Positions 24,171 through 34,859 of a stretch of 64,000 bases of DNA are shown in pieces; the stretch's first letter is position 1, and every line of letters begins with the position of its first letter. The DNA lies in the IMG/VR virus record IMGVR_UViG_3300021387_001034, positions 30,600 to 94,599 of that record. One strand, written 5' to 3'. The translations under genes were made by a program, and so were the position numbers. The stretch comes from a virus. Taxonomy: Duplodnaviria; Caudoviricetes. The notes below the pieces were generated by a model that was not told where the DNA came from, searched no databases, and saw only the letters and a program-made list of their open reading frames with translations.

Positions 24171-24951
24171 ACTTATTGAGAAGTTTTAGTATGCATTAAA
24201 TAACAAGTGGGGCTATATCCTAGGGGCTTGGCATACTAAATGGTCTCAAGCTCTACAAAATGCAAAAGTAAAACATATGGTTACCACATACGGTGATAAT
24301 TGGAAGTCAGATGCGAATGCAAAGAAAGACAAGAACTACACTGCCGCAGCATATGGTGAGAGATGGATTGGCAGATATGTAACTGACTGTTCTGGCCTAT
24401 TCTATTGGGCTTTTAAAGAACTAGGCGGCTATATGTATCACGGCAGTAATACTATGTGGAAGAAATACTGCGTTAACTAGGGCAAATTGATTAATGGCAA
24501 GCGCTCAGATAATTGCAGATTAAAGCCCGGTACAGCGGTATTCGTACTAAAAAACGGCTCTGACCGTTCACACGTTGGTCTATACATTGGCGGCGACACC
24601 GTTATTGAAGCATCCGGTACTAAAACTGGTGTAATTACTAGTAAAATTACAGATAGCAAATGGGCCGAATGGGGTGAACTCAAGGGAGTGCTCTATGGCA
24701 AGACTGTATAGGAAGAAGAGCACGAAATCGCGCCAGCTCCTACTCCAGCACCAGCGCCAGAACCAGAAAAAATTGCCGTGGCAATAGTAAACAATGTTAA
24801 GGTTGCACTTCGTGCAGCGCCATCTACAACCGCCGCGGTGCTTGCTCGTCTTGATAAGGGGACGTAGGTAGAACTTGTAAAAGACGAATGGACTAAAGTA
24901 AAATATTAGGGTAAGGTTGGTTATATGATGACTAAGTTCCTTAATACTTGA
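24130..24951 (+). CDS. endolysin: NlpC/P60 peptidase + Pro-rich linker + SH3b (5 TAG)
   Basis: DCSGL...HVGLYIG...VIEA; PAPTPAPAPEPE; LRAAPST...GYMMTKFL. Confidence 0.9.
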
Positions 24952-24977
24952 CAAATTATTATAAAATGTGGTATAAT
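24948..24977 (+). promoter_or_regulatory. sigma-A/70-type promoter upstream of holin
   Basis: TTGACA-N18-TATAAT with TG. Confidence 0.65.
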
Positions 24978-25000
24978 AAAAGAAAAAGGAGGTCATGAAT

Positions 25001-25321
25001 ATGACTAATGTTACTTGGATTTTAATTGGTTTAATTATTGCGGCAGTTGGCGCTTTCTTTGGTATAGTGCGCCCGTGGATTCACGCTCGTCTTGACCCAC
25101 AGCAGTTAGCTATGCTATAGGTCTTTGCAAGGAGTGCTGTTGCCGCAGCGGAGTAGATTATTACTCTTACTACTGGCAAAGATAAGAAAGCCTTTGCAAT
25201 GGAACAAGTTAAGAAGTTCCTAGAGAAATATGGTATGACATTTGACGAGGACACCGTAAGTACAGTTATTGAAGAGCAAGTATATAAGATGAATCAGGAA
25301 AAGAAAGGTGAGGAACAGTGA
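25001..25321 (+). CDS. LL-H-family holin (2 TAG)
   Basis: AGGAGG RBS; N-terminal TM; SAVAAAE*I..TGKDKKAFA (family AV.AAEQ...G..KK); absent from the standard ORF track. Confidence 0.82.
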
Positions 25322-25590
25322 TTGTTACGGCTCCTAGTGGCAAGACAGTGAACTTGCGCAATAGGCCCTCACTTGTTTCTAAAATTATACGTCAGATACC
25401 TGTTGGCGCAGATGTAACTGTAACTAAAGAATATGATGCTGAATGGTCAGAAGTTAGTTATAGGGGATATACAGGTTTTATAATGACTAAATTTTTAATA
25501 AATTCAGACACAAGTGAAACCATATCGGCGCTTAAAACTAAACTTCAACAAGCCTTAAACTTATTGGATAAATTGGAGGCTTAGAAATGA
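25318..25590 (+). CDS. SH3b-domain protein
   Basis: VNLRNRPS...WSEVSY.GYTGFIM; reads through TAG 25582 to TGA overlapping the next ATG. Confidence 0.8.
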
Positions 25591-26003
25591 ATAACTTTAT
25601 GAATCAATCGTCTCAAATGTAGATGGGAAATGCGTCTTTTATTCCATATCAGTAGCCAAATATATGGGGTAATTATGCACAAACACAACGATTACCTGTA
25701 TATTAGGCGCCCTTGATGCACGGAGAAAATGCTGCTTGGCAATTTCCAATGGGTCCAAATAGTGAAATTTGGTTGCCTGACGCAGACCAAGATATAATCT
25801 GGTGGATTAAAACAGACCAGAATGGAAATCGCTCTGTGCAGCCATTTGATGTAGCGCCGCATAAGCAACCGGCGCCAGTAGATACTAACGATTTAGCCGC
25901 AAGATTGGCGGCCGTGGAGGAATGGATAAATGCCAAGTCTAATAAGCCAAATGCGAAACGGGCAACCGCCCCAGCAACAGTAGGGGTGGACACCGCAACT
26001 TGA
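25587..26003 (+). CDS. conserved Firmicutes-phage hypothetical protein, Gln-rich N-terminus (3 TAG)
   Basis: GGAGG RBS; extends ORF 25713. Confidence 0.8.
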
Positions 26004-26223
26004 CCAAGCAACGGCGCAAGCGCGCGCGATGATGCAATAGTTGGAGATGGCTTCTAATAAGGAAGCTATGTTAAAAAATATGATTTCCAACAATCCACAA
26101 TTCGCGCAAATTGCTGCTATGATGAAGACTAATCCAAACGGGTTAGAAGGAATCGCAAAGCAAATGGCGCAAGCAAATGGAATTGATATTAATCAATTAT
26201 TAGAACATTTAAGTGCGAAGTAA
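25930..26223 (+). CDS. Gln/Met-rich hypothetical protein (2 TAG)
   Basis: PPQQQ*GW; extends ORF 26041. Confidence 0.75.
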
Positions 26224-26243
26224 AATTCGCACTTATTTTTTTT
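26211..26243 (+). terminator. intrinsic terminator
   Basis: AAGTGCGAA-GTAAAA-TTCGCACTT followed by T-tract. Confidence 0.75.
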
Positions 26244-26337
26244 ACCCATTTGTAGAAAAATCTAAAGAATAGTGCTAGTGCTTCCTCTTATTTTTTGAGG
26301 GATGTAATTCCTCAAATTCTAAAAGAAGGTGATTGTT

Positions 26338-26967
26338 ATGGGCGAAAACGGAATGACTCCTGCTGACATCGCAGCAGTTAATGGAAATGGCATGAACAAT
26401 GGCTGGGACGGAATGATTTGGCTATTCGCTATCCTCGCTATGATGAACGGCGGCTTTGGTTTTGGCGGCGGCTATCGTCCTCAGTACGCAACTCAGGATT
26501 TCGTACAGAATGGATTTAACTTCAATGACCTACAAGACCAGAATCGTGATATCATGAACGCTATTAATTATGGTACTTCTCAGGCCATAGCTACTACTAA
26601 TCAGGTATACCATGACATTATGGCTGGTATCTATGATAAGTATGGCGAGCTTCAACGTGATATCGCTGCTCTACAAGTCGGGCAGGCTAATCTATTAGCT
26701 AATCAGAACGAATGCTGCTGCAACTTACGCACTCAGCTAATGCAGAATAACTATGATGCTGCTATGCGTGATGCTGCTACTAATGCAAACTTCACCGCTC
26801 AGATTCAGGGTCTAAAGGATATGATTAAGGACGATAAGATGGAAGCTATGCAGAATCGTATTAATCAGCTAGAACTCCAGAATCAGCTACAGGGCGTAGT
26901 TCGTTATCCACAGGGATGGACTTATAATGCCGGCAATTCTCCTTTCTGCGGCGGATGCAATATGTGA
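26338..26967 (+). CDS. conserved Firmicutes-phage protein (GFGFGG...ECCC coiled coil)
   Basis: Gln-rich but no TAG; strong codon bias. Confidence 0.85.
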   Translation: MGENGMTPADIAAVNGNGMNNGWDGMIWLFAILAMMNGGFGFGGGYRPQYATQDFVQNGFNFNDLQDQNRDIMNAINYGTSQAIATTNQVYHDIMAGIYDKYGELQRDIAALQVGQANLLANQNECCCNLRTQLMQNNYDAAMRDAATNANFTAQIQGLKDMIKDDKMEAMQNRINQLELQNQLQGVVRYPQGWTYNAGNSPFCGGCNM

Positions 26968-27000
26968 GTGTATACAGTACACCTTTAATTAGATACCTAT

Positions 27001-27032
27001 AAGGGCGTACTAACTGTACGCCCCTTATTTTT
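27001..27032 (+). terminator. intrinsic terminator
   Basis: GGGCGTAC-TAACT-GTACGCCC followed by T-tract. Confidence 0.7.
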
Positions 27033-27054
27033 ATTATATATGGAGGTAATCGCG

Positions 27055-27468
27055 ATGTTACAAGTATATTCTAGTAATCTAGCAGTAGAAGCTAATGCTC
27101 CATTTGTATTTAATAATGTAGTTCTAGACAAAGGATGCGGCGAGCGTTTAAATGGCACTTCTACTATTGCTCTTGAAAGACGTGGTATTTATTTAGTAGA
27201 AATGGATGGCTTTGCTACTCCAGACGCCGCAACAGAAGTTTCCGTTCAGCTTTTGGTAAATAATGTACCACTACCCCAGGCCGTTACCACATTTGTTCCT
27301 GCCGCAGTCACCGATACACGTACTTTTGGCTTTAAGACCTTTGTACGCGTAATGGAAAATAATTGCAACTGCAATTGTCTCACAAGCCCAACTACTCTTC
27401 AGTTTATAAACGGCACGACCGCATTAAGTGATGCACATATTAATGTAGTAGTGACTCAGATTCGATAA
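27055..27468 (+). CDS. beta-sandwich (BclA C-terminal/C1q-like) protein
   Basis: GGAGG RBS; FNN...GIYLV..D pattern. Confidence 0.7.
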   Translation: MLQVYSSNLAVEANAPFVFNNVVLDKGCGERLNGTSTIALERRGIYLVEMDGFATPDAATEVSVQLLVNNVPLPQAVTTFVPAAVTDTRTFGFKTFVRVMENNCNCNCLTSPTTLQFINGTTALSDAHINVVVTQIR

Positions 27469-27510
27469 TATAGGGCGGGTAACCGCCCTTTTCTTTAAGG
27501 AGGATATATC

Positions 27511-28047
27511 ATGACAGTAGAAGAGATTTTCAATAAACTAGCTTCTCACATGGTAGAAGGAATAATGTATCATGATGATATGGCAAAAGCGTATGATTTC
27601 TTGGGCCTTAGCGGCTTTGCTAGATGTCATGATTATCATCACATTTGTGAAACAAAAAACTATCGTAAACTTTCGCATTATTATGCAACCCATTATCATA
27701 AGCTAATTAAATTGGAATAGCTTGATTAGCCAAAGATTATACCGGATAATTGGTATAAATATACAACTCCTGATGTGGATGTTGCGACTAAACGAAATGC
27801 CGTTAAAGACTTAATGGCAAAATGGGTTTCTTGGGAAAAAGAAACTAAGACATTATATCAATCCATGCGCCAGGAACTGTGTGCAATTGGTGAAGTTGCG
27901 GCAGCTCTGTATCTTGAATGCCTCATTTGCGATGTTGACGAAGAGTTAACGTGGGCGCAGAAAAAATGGATAAAATTTGAAACACTTGGCTATGACATTG
28001 GCGAAATACTCCAATGTTCAGAGGCCCTACATAAGAAGTATAAGTAA
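27511..28047 (+). CDS. ferritin-like four-helix protein (2 TAG)
   Basis: joins ORFs 27511 and 27775; His/Glu-rich helices. Confidence 0.75.
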
Positions 28048-28060
28048 GTGGGGTGATAAT

Positions 28061-28420
28061 ATGATTAGAGTAATTTAGCGGCGTCTAATTATTCCTCGCG
28101 GCGATACGGGGACTTTTACTTTGCCTTTACTTCCCGGGACAGAGTAGGGAGACACTGCAGTCTTTTATATATATGACCCATTGACACGGGAAGTAATAAA
28201 ATCAAAAAAACAGGTTGTAGATGGCGACGAACTTAATTTTGAATTTGTTCGCGCGGACACAATTGAAATTGAGCCTAGTAATCGGTATTAGTGGGATGTA
28301 AAAATTTTTCATTAGCCAACTGTATTTGATGAAAATGAAATCCCTACTGATGGAGCTTCAGTTAATTCGTACTATGCCGCATTTTAGCTTCCAACTTGTG
28401 AAGTGAGGGAATTCGTATGA
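28061..28420 (+). CDS. BppU-N-like baseplate/tail protein (5 TAG)
   Basis: IIPRGDTGTFTL...Y*WDVKI; invisible in standard code. Confidence 0.75.
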
Positions 28421-28887
28421 GATATATAGATACAAGACATAGAACAAGAGATTTATTACTCGAATACGAGCCCTCTATAATGCCATTGCACCCTCGCGCC
28501 GGAGGGCTTGCAATGGTTTATCCTTGGGGTAATAATAATGAAAGTGGTAATGTAATGCCGCCATTTCCTAATCCATCAGCAATTTAGCAAATTTATCCTT
28601 GGGAAATGTAGAACCTTGCTATTATGGGTGACTGGCTATTTGCTTTTGCCGCTAATAGCGGATATAATGGAACGCGTGAAGAATTTTATAAATATTTTGG
28701 TTCATATCTAGAAACAAATAGATAGGAAATTATGTTTGATGAATATAATAATTTTCCTACTATTGGTGAGTAGGATATGTTATATTTTGACCTTAATGAA
28801 AAAGTCCTATATTATTGGAATGAAGAATATATTCCAGTCAATGCCATGTTAATTACAAATACAATTCTAAATGGAGGCGAAGCCTAA
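28417..28887 (+). CDS. tail-associated protein (4 TAG)
   Basis: AANSGYNGTREEF; FPTIGE*DMLY; ATGA and TAATG overlaps. Confidence 0.75.
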
Positions 28888-29612
28888 TGGCAACTAATAC
28901 AGTAAAAGTTACTTTACAAATTAGGCACGATGAAGCCGCCGATTGGACTACAAGAAATCCCGTACTTGCCGCTGGCGAGTACGGGCTTGAGTCCGATACT
29001 TTTTTAATAAAGGTAGGTGACGGCGTTCGTGACTGGGCGCATTTGCCGTACCTAAATAAGTTAGATACTCGTTATTTTAAACTAATGTCCGATGGCTCTC
29101 TTACTTTCAGTGATAGTTTTGCGGAAAACTTAGAAGTTATTTCTGCAATCGCAGGCGACGCTATCGAGCACCTAACAATCACTGACCCGCCTGTTGAACC
29201 AACCGATGCAGTTAATAAGCAATATGTTGATGAGCAGATTCTTGCCGCTAATCACTTAAAGCGCGCAGTTGTAACTGAATTACCTGCGGCCGCGGAAGCC
29301 GATGAAAATACCTTATACATGATGCTTTCTACCGATGGAAGTCATTATGATGAGTATATGATTATAAATGGCACTTGGGATGTGGTAGGCGCGACCGGTG
29401 ATGGTTCTGGTACTTTCACACTAGAAGTTGCAACTAATATACGCCTAGGCGGCGTTAAGTCCGCACCACTAGATAACGAAGGAAACGTAATGACAGATTA
29501 GGATTATGTTATAGTTTAGAATACCGGATTCATGACATTCAATCAAGTTTCAACCTCCAAGTTATATGTACCGACCGGGGATACGTTAGTTATTTATGGA
29601 GGTACAGCATAA
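28887..29612 (+). CDS. tail protein with Mtd-N/hyaluronidase-N-like domain
   Basis: QIRHD..W...NPVLAAGEYGLESDT..IKVGDG...W.HLPY. Confidence 0.85.
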
Positions 29613-29626
29613 GGAGGTGAAGCGCA

Positions 29627-31384
29627 ATGGCGGATCATGTTTTAGAAACGAAAATATAGTTACGATATGGTACCTATAGCCAATGGATGAATAGCGATGT
29701 TATTCTAATGTAGGGCGAGGCCGCTATCTGCGCTTTTCCCAACAATCGCGTTATAGAAACTCTTTCTAATAGCAGACCAGAAAATACACCTCCAGCTATT
29801 GGTATTAAAATAGGCGATGGTACGCACTATTTTAGTGAACTACCGTGGGTATAGGCAATCGCCGCAGATGTATATAATTGGGCGAAAGCATCCTATAAAC
29901 CATCATATACTGCGTAGGAAATTGAAGGACTACAAAGCTTCGTTGAGAATTTAGTTGGCGGCGATGTGGATGTTAATATTGCGCCGCGAATTTATTAGCT
30001 CACGCGAGGCACTGATGAAAATATAGATAAATACTATCTACGTTATAAAGAAAATAACGAAGATTCGCCCTGGATTTTAGATACTAGTAATTATATTGAC
30101 TTAAGCGACTTAACCGCTGTTATCAATTGGATTGGGCGTAATAATATCGAAGACTATCCTAACTTATTAAATCGTGTATATGTATAGGTATAGTACATAT
30201 TAAGCTTAATCTAGAATGCGGATGTTGCACGAGAACATTAGTTTGTTACCGCTGTTGTCTAGGAGAATGGATAGGTTAGCGTAGAACGCGCTCGCCCAAC
30301 ATTTGAAGACGTAACTGGCACTGCCACTGTTGGTTAGGGCGGGACAGGACGCTCATCACTAACAGAAGATAGCGTCCTAGTTGGTAATGGTACAGACCCA
30401 GTTAAGCTAATTCCTATTGCAGATAGCATTGCCGCCAATAATTACTTAGTTCCTAACTCAGTAATTAAAGCCTATGTTGATAATGCAACTTCGGGCATTA
30501 CTGGGGCAATGCATTTTATTGGTGAAGCGAGCGTTGTAATTACTAATAATAGTAGCATTGACCCTCGTATTGGAGGTTACTTATTTTCTTAGGCATAGCC
30601 AGGTGATGTAATCCTATCCGAATAGAAAGAATATGTTTGGACAGGAAACAATTGGCGCTTGCTTGGCGATGAAGGTAGCTATGCTGTTAAAGGTAGTATT
30701 CGTGATGCAGATATTGACGCAGAAGCGGAAATTCAATAGAGCAAAATTGCGGGATTAGATACTACTTTTAATACTAAGGTAGATAAAGTAGAGGGTAAAT
30801 CTCTAACTTCTAACGATTTTACCGATGAATTAAAATAGAAACTCGATGAAATAGAAGAAGGCGCACAACGCAATTCTATCGAGCATATTCTAGTTAATGG
30901 TAATGAAGTTCCACCTGCTACAGTAAACAATCTAGACCGCACGGTAGACTTATAGATAAAAGAATTCGATGATAGTTCGCGCGCGAAGCTTGAAGGAATT
31001 TAGGCAGAAGCGCAGGTTAATAAGATTGAAAAAATTAAGTATGACGGAGAAGAACTTGTTCCTGATGAAAACCGAGTGGTAAACATTGTTTCCGACCCAC
31101 ATACTGAACACGAAAATAAAATTGAATCTATTTTCATAAATAATGTTGAATGGGCGCCTAATGCTAATAAGGAAGTAAGAATAGTATTGGATTAGGCCGC
31201 CTTAAACTTAAATGTATTAGAGGGCGCGCAAGTGCCCCTTGGAAATGGAAAATAGGAAGTAGAATAGATTAATAAAAAATTATAGTTAGCGCATATAGCG
31301 GTAACAGGAAATATTAGTAGCTTATTACAAACAGCAGATACATATGTAATTCTCGACTGCGGCAGCAGTACAGAGGTTACTTAA
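29627..31384 (+). CDS. tail-fibre protein with Mtd-N-like domain (585 aa, ~23 TAG by hand count)
   Basis: AAGGAGG RBS; KI*LRYG aligns with LQIRHD of 28887; KIGDG..ELPW; TGAMHFIG; KVDKVEGKSLTSNDFTD. Confidence 0.85.
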
Positions 31385-31418
31385 CACTTGCTTGAAATGA
31401 TAGCAAGGAGGTCTTTAT

Positions 31419-31958
31419 ATGGCAACTTCAAATAATACTATAAAGACGAGAATTCGGTTGAAAAGCGATACCGAAGCTAATTGGAATAAGGCCGGTCCTA
31501 AGGACGGGTCTGCCGGTTTCGTACCGCTTTTGGGTGAGTTGATCGTCTATAGTGCAGACGCAACTCACCCTTTTTCTCGTTTAAAGGTTGGGGATGGGAA
31601 TACTAATGTAGTAAATCTTCCATTTATAGATTCCGGAACTTTAAATGGGAATGAAACCGAGATTGTTAAAAAGGATAATTTTTCCTAGTTTCCCTCACCC
31701 GGTTCAGATGATAAGTTATATGTTGACTTATCAACTAATCGTATATATCATTACGCCCCGGCGAGCGGATATACGCAACTTTCTAATTTTAATTTCAATG
31801 TAAAGCAAACAACTGTTGGCAGTGTAGTTAGCTGGCTACCAGGAGTAACTACGCAAGCTTCGATAGAGAATAATGTATTTAAAGTGAATAATGGCCTATT
31901 ACCCGAATTACTTTGGGAAAAGAGAACAGTAGTAACTGATGTTACTAAGGAGGAATAA
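31419..31958 (+). CDS. tail protein with Mtd-N-like domain (1 TAG)
   Basis: KTRIRLKSDTEANW...LKVGDG...LPF. Confidence 0.82.
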
Positions 31959-31961
31959 TAA

Positions 31962-33044
31962 ATGGCAAGTTATATTGGTAAAGTATAGATAGGTGCCGCT
32001 GGCGATTAGATATTAGTTGGTTCAACACTATATGGTATTTGTGCCTCTGACGCCACAGCCGCCGCAAAAATAGTAACATTACCAGACTTTGACGCCGTGA
32101 TGCACGGTATTACTGTGCAAGTTAGATTTGAAAATGGTAACTCAGTTACTACAGGAGTTACATTAAAAGTTGGCGGCACTAACGCCTTCCCAGTAGTAGG
32201 GAATTGTGTTTGCTCGGCAGACGATGTAATTGCTTTTACTTTGTCACAGACGGGAAGTAGCACTGTATGGTATGCCAACCATAGCATTAAAGTAGAAACC
32301 GGCAGCACTGATGGTACCATTAAGATTGCAGGAGAAGAAGTTGCAGTTGCAGGGCTAGGTTCTGCGGCATATACCGATTCTACTGCGTATGCTACTGCCG
32401 CACAGGGTCAGAAAGCGGATGATGCTATGCCGAAGAGCGGTGGTACTTTCACTGGGCCAGTACTTATGTCTGAAAGCACCACTGATAGTTCTGCGGCTTT
32501 AGCAGTAGCCACTAAGGATTACGTTGTAGCAAAAACTGCGGGCTTAAGCGGCTTAACTGGTGCAATGCACTTCCGCGGCGAAACTCCTAATTCGGATGCT
32601 TCTGGACATCCTATTGTTCCTAATAGTACAGATAGCTTTAATAACTATGATTCTGGTGATGTACTATTAGTTGGTGATCAAGAGTATGTATATTCTAAGA
32701 GCACCACTGCCGCGGCATCTCAGTGGATTTTACTAGGCGATGAAGGGAGCTACGCATTAAAGTCTAGTACAGACGTTGTAGGCAGCGCTAGCGCGTGGAA
32801 TGCGGGCACACTGCCAACTCTAGGAGATGCAATTGATGCAGATGATATTACTAATTGGGATGCAGGTAGCGCCTCTGATGCGACAGTAAACTAGGGCGTA
32901 TTACGCCTAACAAATAGTACTGTACCTACACTCGCTTATACTGCGAAAACAGTGCCAAATGTAACTAATGTAGGTACTCTTCCTTCTATTACTATTAGCG
33001 ATAAGACAGTAGTTGTACCTGATAACACCGGTGGTGGGAATTAA
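31962..33044 (+). CDS. tail-fibre protein (3 TAG)
   Basis: GLGSAAYT, TGAMHFRG, WILLGDEGSYA shared with 29627. Confidence 0.82.
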
Positions 33045-33688
33045 TGGGATATATACATGCAGTATAGCTTAATGACAACAGTACTCACTTAATAGAACCA
33101 AAACTGTTTGCTACCGCCGGTGGCACTAGTACAGCTTTAACAGCAGGTATTAGTAATTTTGAACTTGCTGCAGGAGTATATGTTAATTTAAAGGTAAGTA
33201 CTGTTGATGCAAATGCAACATTGAATGTGAATAATACGGGCGCGAAACCTATTTACTATAATGGTGTAGCTATTAATGCAAATACTCTTTCCGAAGATAA
33301 TATCTATACTTTTATTTATACTGGTGTAAACTGGGAAATAGTAGGAGATATTACTGGGAAAAATATAATGATAGGGACAACGGCGGAGTGGCAAGCACAT
33401 TCTGCCTATATCGCTCCGGAAGGGACGATTTGTATTTATACCGATAGAGGTTCATATATTAATAATGGAAATACAGTAATCGTACCAGGGATTAAAATTA
33501 GTGATGGAACATCAGCGGTTTCTGGGTTGCCATTTGTTGGCGATGATGTAATTGCTGCAGTTAGGTCAGAACTAAATGACCACATTAATGATAATATTAG
33601 ACACATTACAAGCGCAGAGCGCACTTTTTGGAATAACAAATTAAATACCGATATAGACGGGGAGATACTCGTGTTAAATCGTTCATAA
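33044..33688 (+). CDS. tail-fibre protein (1 TAG)
   Basis: LNVNNTGAKPIYY; HINDNIRHITSAERTFWNNK. Confidence 0.82.
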
Positions 33689-33702
33689 GGAAGTGAAAAT
33701 AT

Positions 33703-34842
33703 ATGGCTAATGAGATTTCTCAAATAAAAATGCCTAATAATGTCACATATGATATTAAAGATGCTGTCGCTCGTCAATCTATTGCGGGTAACGGTACTTT
33801 TGTAATTGCGTGGGCGGGAACCTCCGACCCTAGCACCGCCGCGGCACAAGCATTAATTCCCGCTGGGGTAAAAGTAAAATTTGGTAGTAATGCAGAGCGT
33901 ACGGGTACTCTAGAAGCGAGCGCGAACACATTAAAGAAATTTTATTTAGTTAAATCTTCTACTCTACCAGATTCTGAAACTTTAGATATATATGATGAAT
34001 ATGTAACAGTATAGGGCGGAACTACCTCTTCTCCAACATATAGCTGGGAAAAAATTGGAGATACATAGATTAAATTATCTCAAATCGTTACTAATGTTAC
34101 ATTAGATACAAGTAAAACTGCTTCTGTTATTGGCGCAAATTCTACGATGAAAGTAACGACGGCGCCAACTTATACAGTTACACCTGCTACCACATATGTA
34201 AAAGGAACTGCTTCTGGTGCTGCGGTTTCTTATAGCCCAGATACTGATACCTTCTTAAAGAAAATTACTCCATCCAGTAAGAAATTACAAACAACGTCAG
34301 TAATTGGCGTACAAAGTAGTACTACAACTGCATCTAAGGCAACCGCGGCAGATTCTCAAACAACTGCAAAAGGTACTGGAACTGCTAGTACTAGTACAGA
34401 TGCTTGGATTAAGGGATGGAGTGTTTCTAACGAATTACTTACACTTGGTGGAGTTACTATGGATACATAGACTACTACATAGCATACTTTCGCGGATGTA
34501 ACTGTTCCTATTAAAAACACAAATGCAACTACTGTAGCAAACGGGAGCTTAGTTGCAACTTCAACTACTGCCAATGTTGGAGGCACTATCGTAGAAAGCG
34601 TTACTTCCAGTGGAACTGGATATACGGCTAATGCGGTTACTTCCCTAGGTAATCCTACCATTACTTAGCCTACTATTACATTATCTACATCTGCGACAGA
34701 ATCTACTGGTTCAGCTGAAGTTGCTTCACCGACTCAAGTTAATGCCGCGAATACAAATGTTGGCGCGGTTGGATGGAATAGTAAAGACGCGAAAACAGTT
34801 CTATTAAATACTACTAGTATAACTGTAACACATGCAACATAA
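33703..34842 (+). CDS. Thr/Ser-rich tail protein (TAG read through)
   Basis: joins ORFs 33703 and 34147; ends TAA. Confidence 0.8.
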
Positions 34843-34859
34843 TAAGGGAGGTGGCTTAA

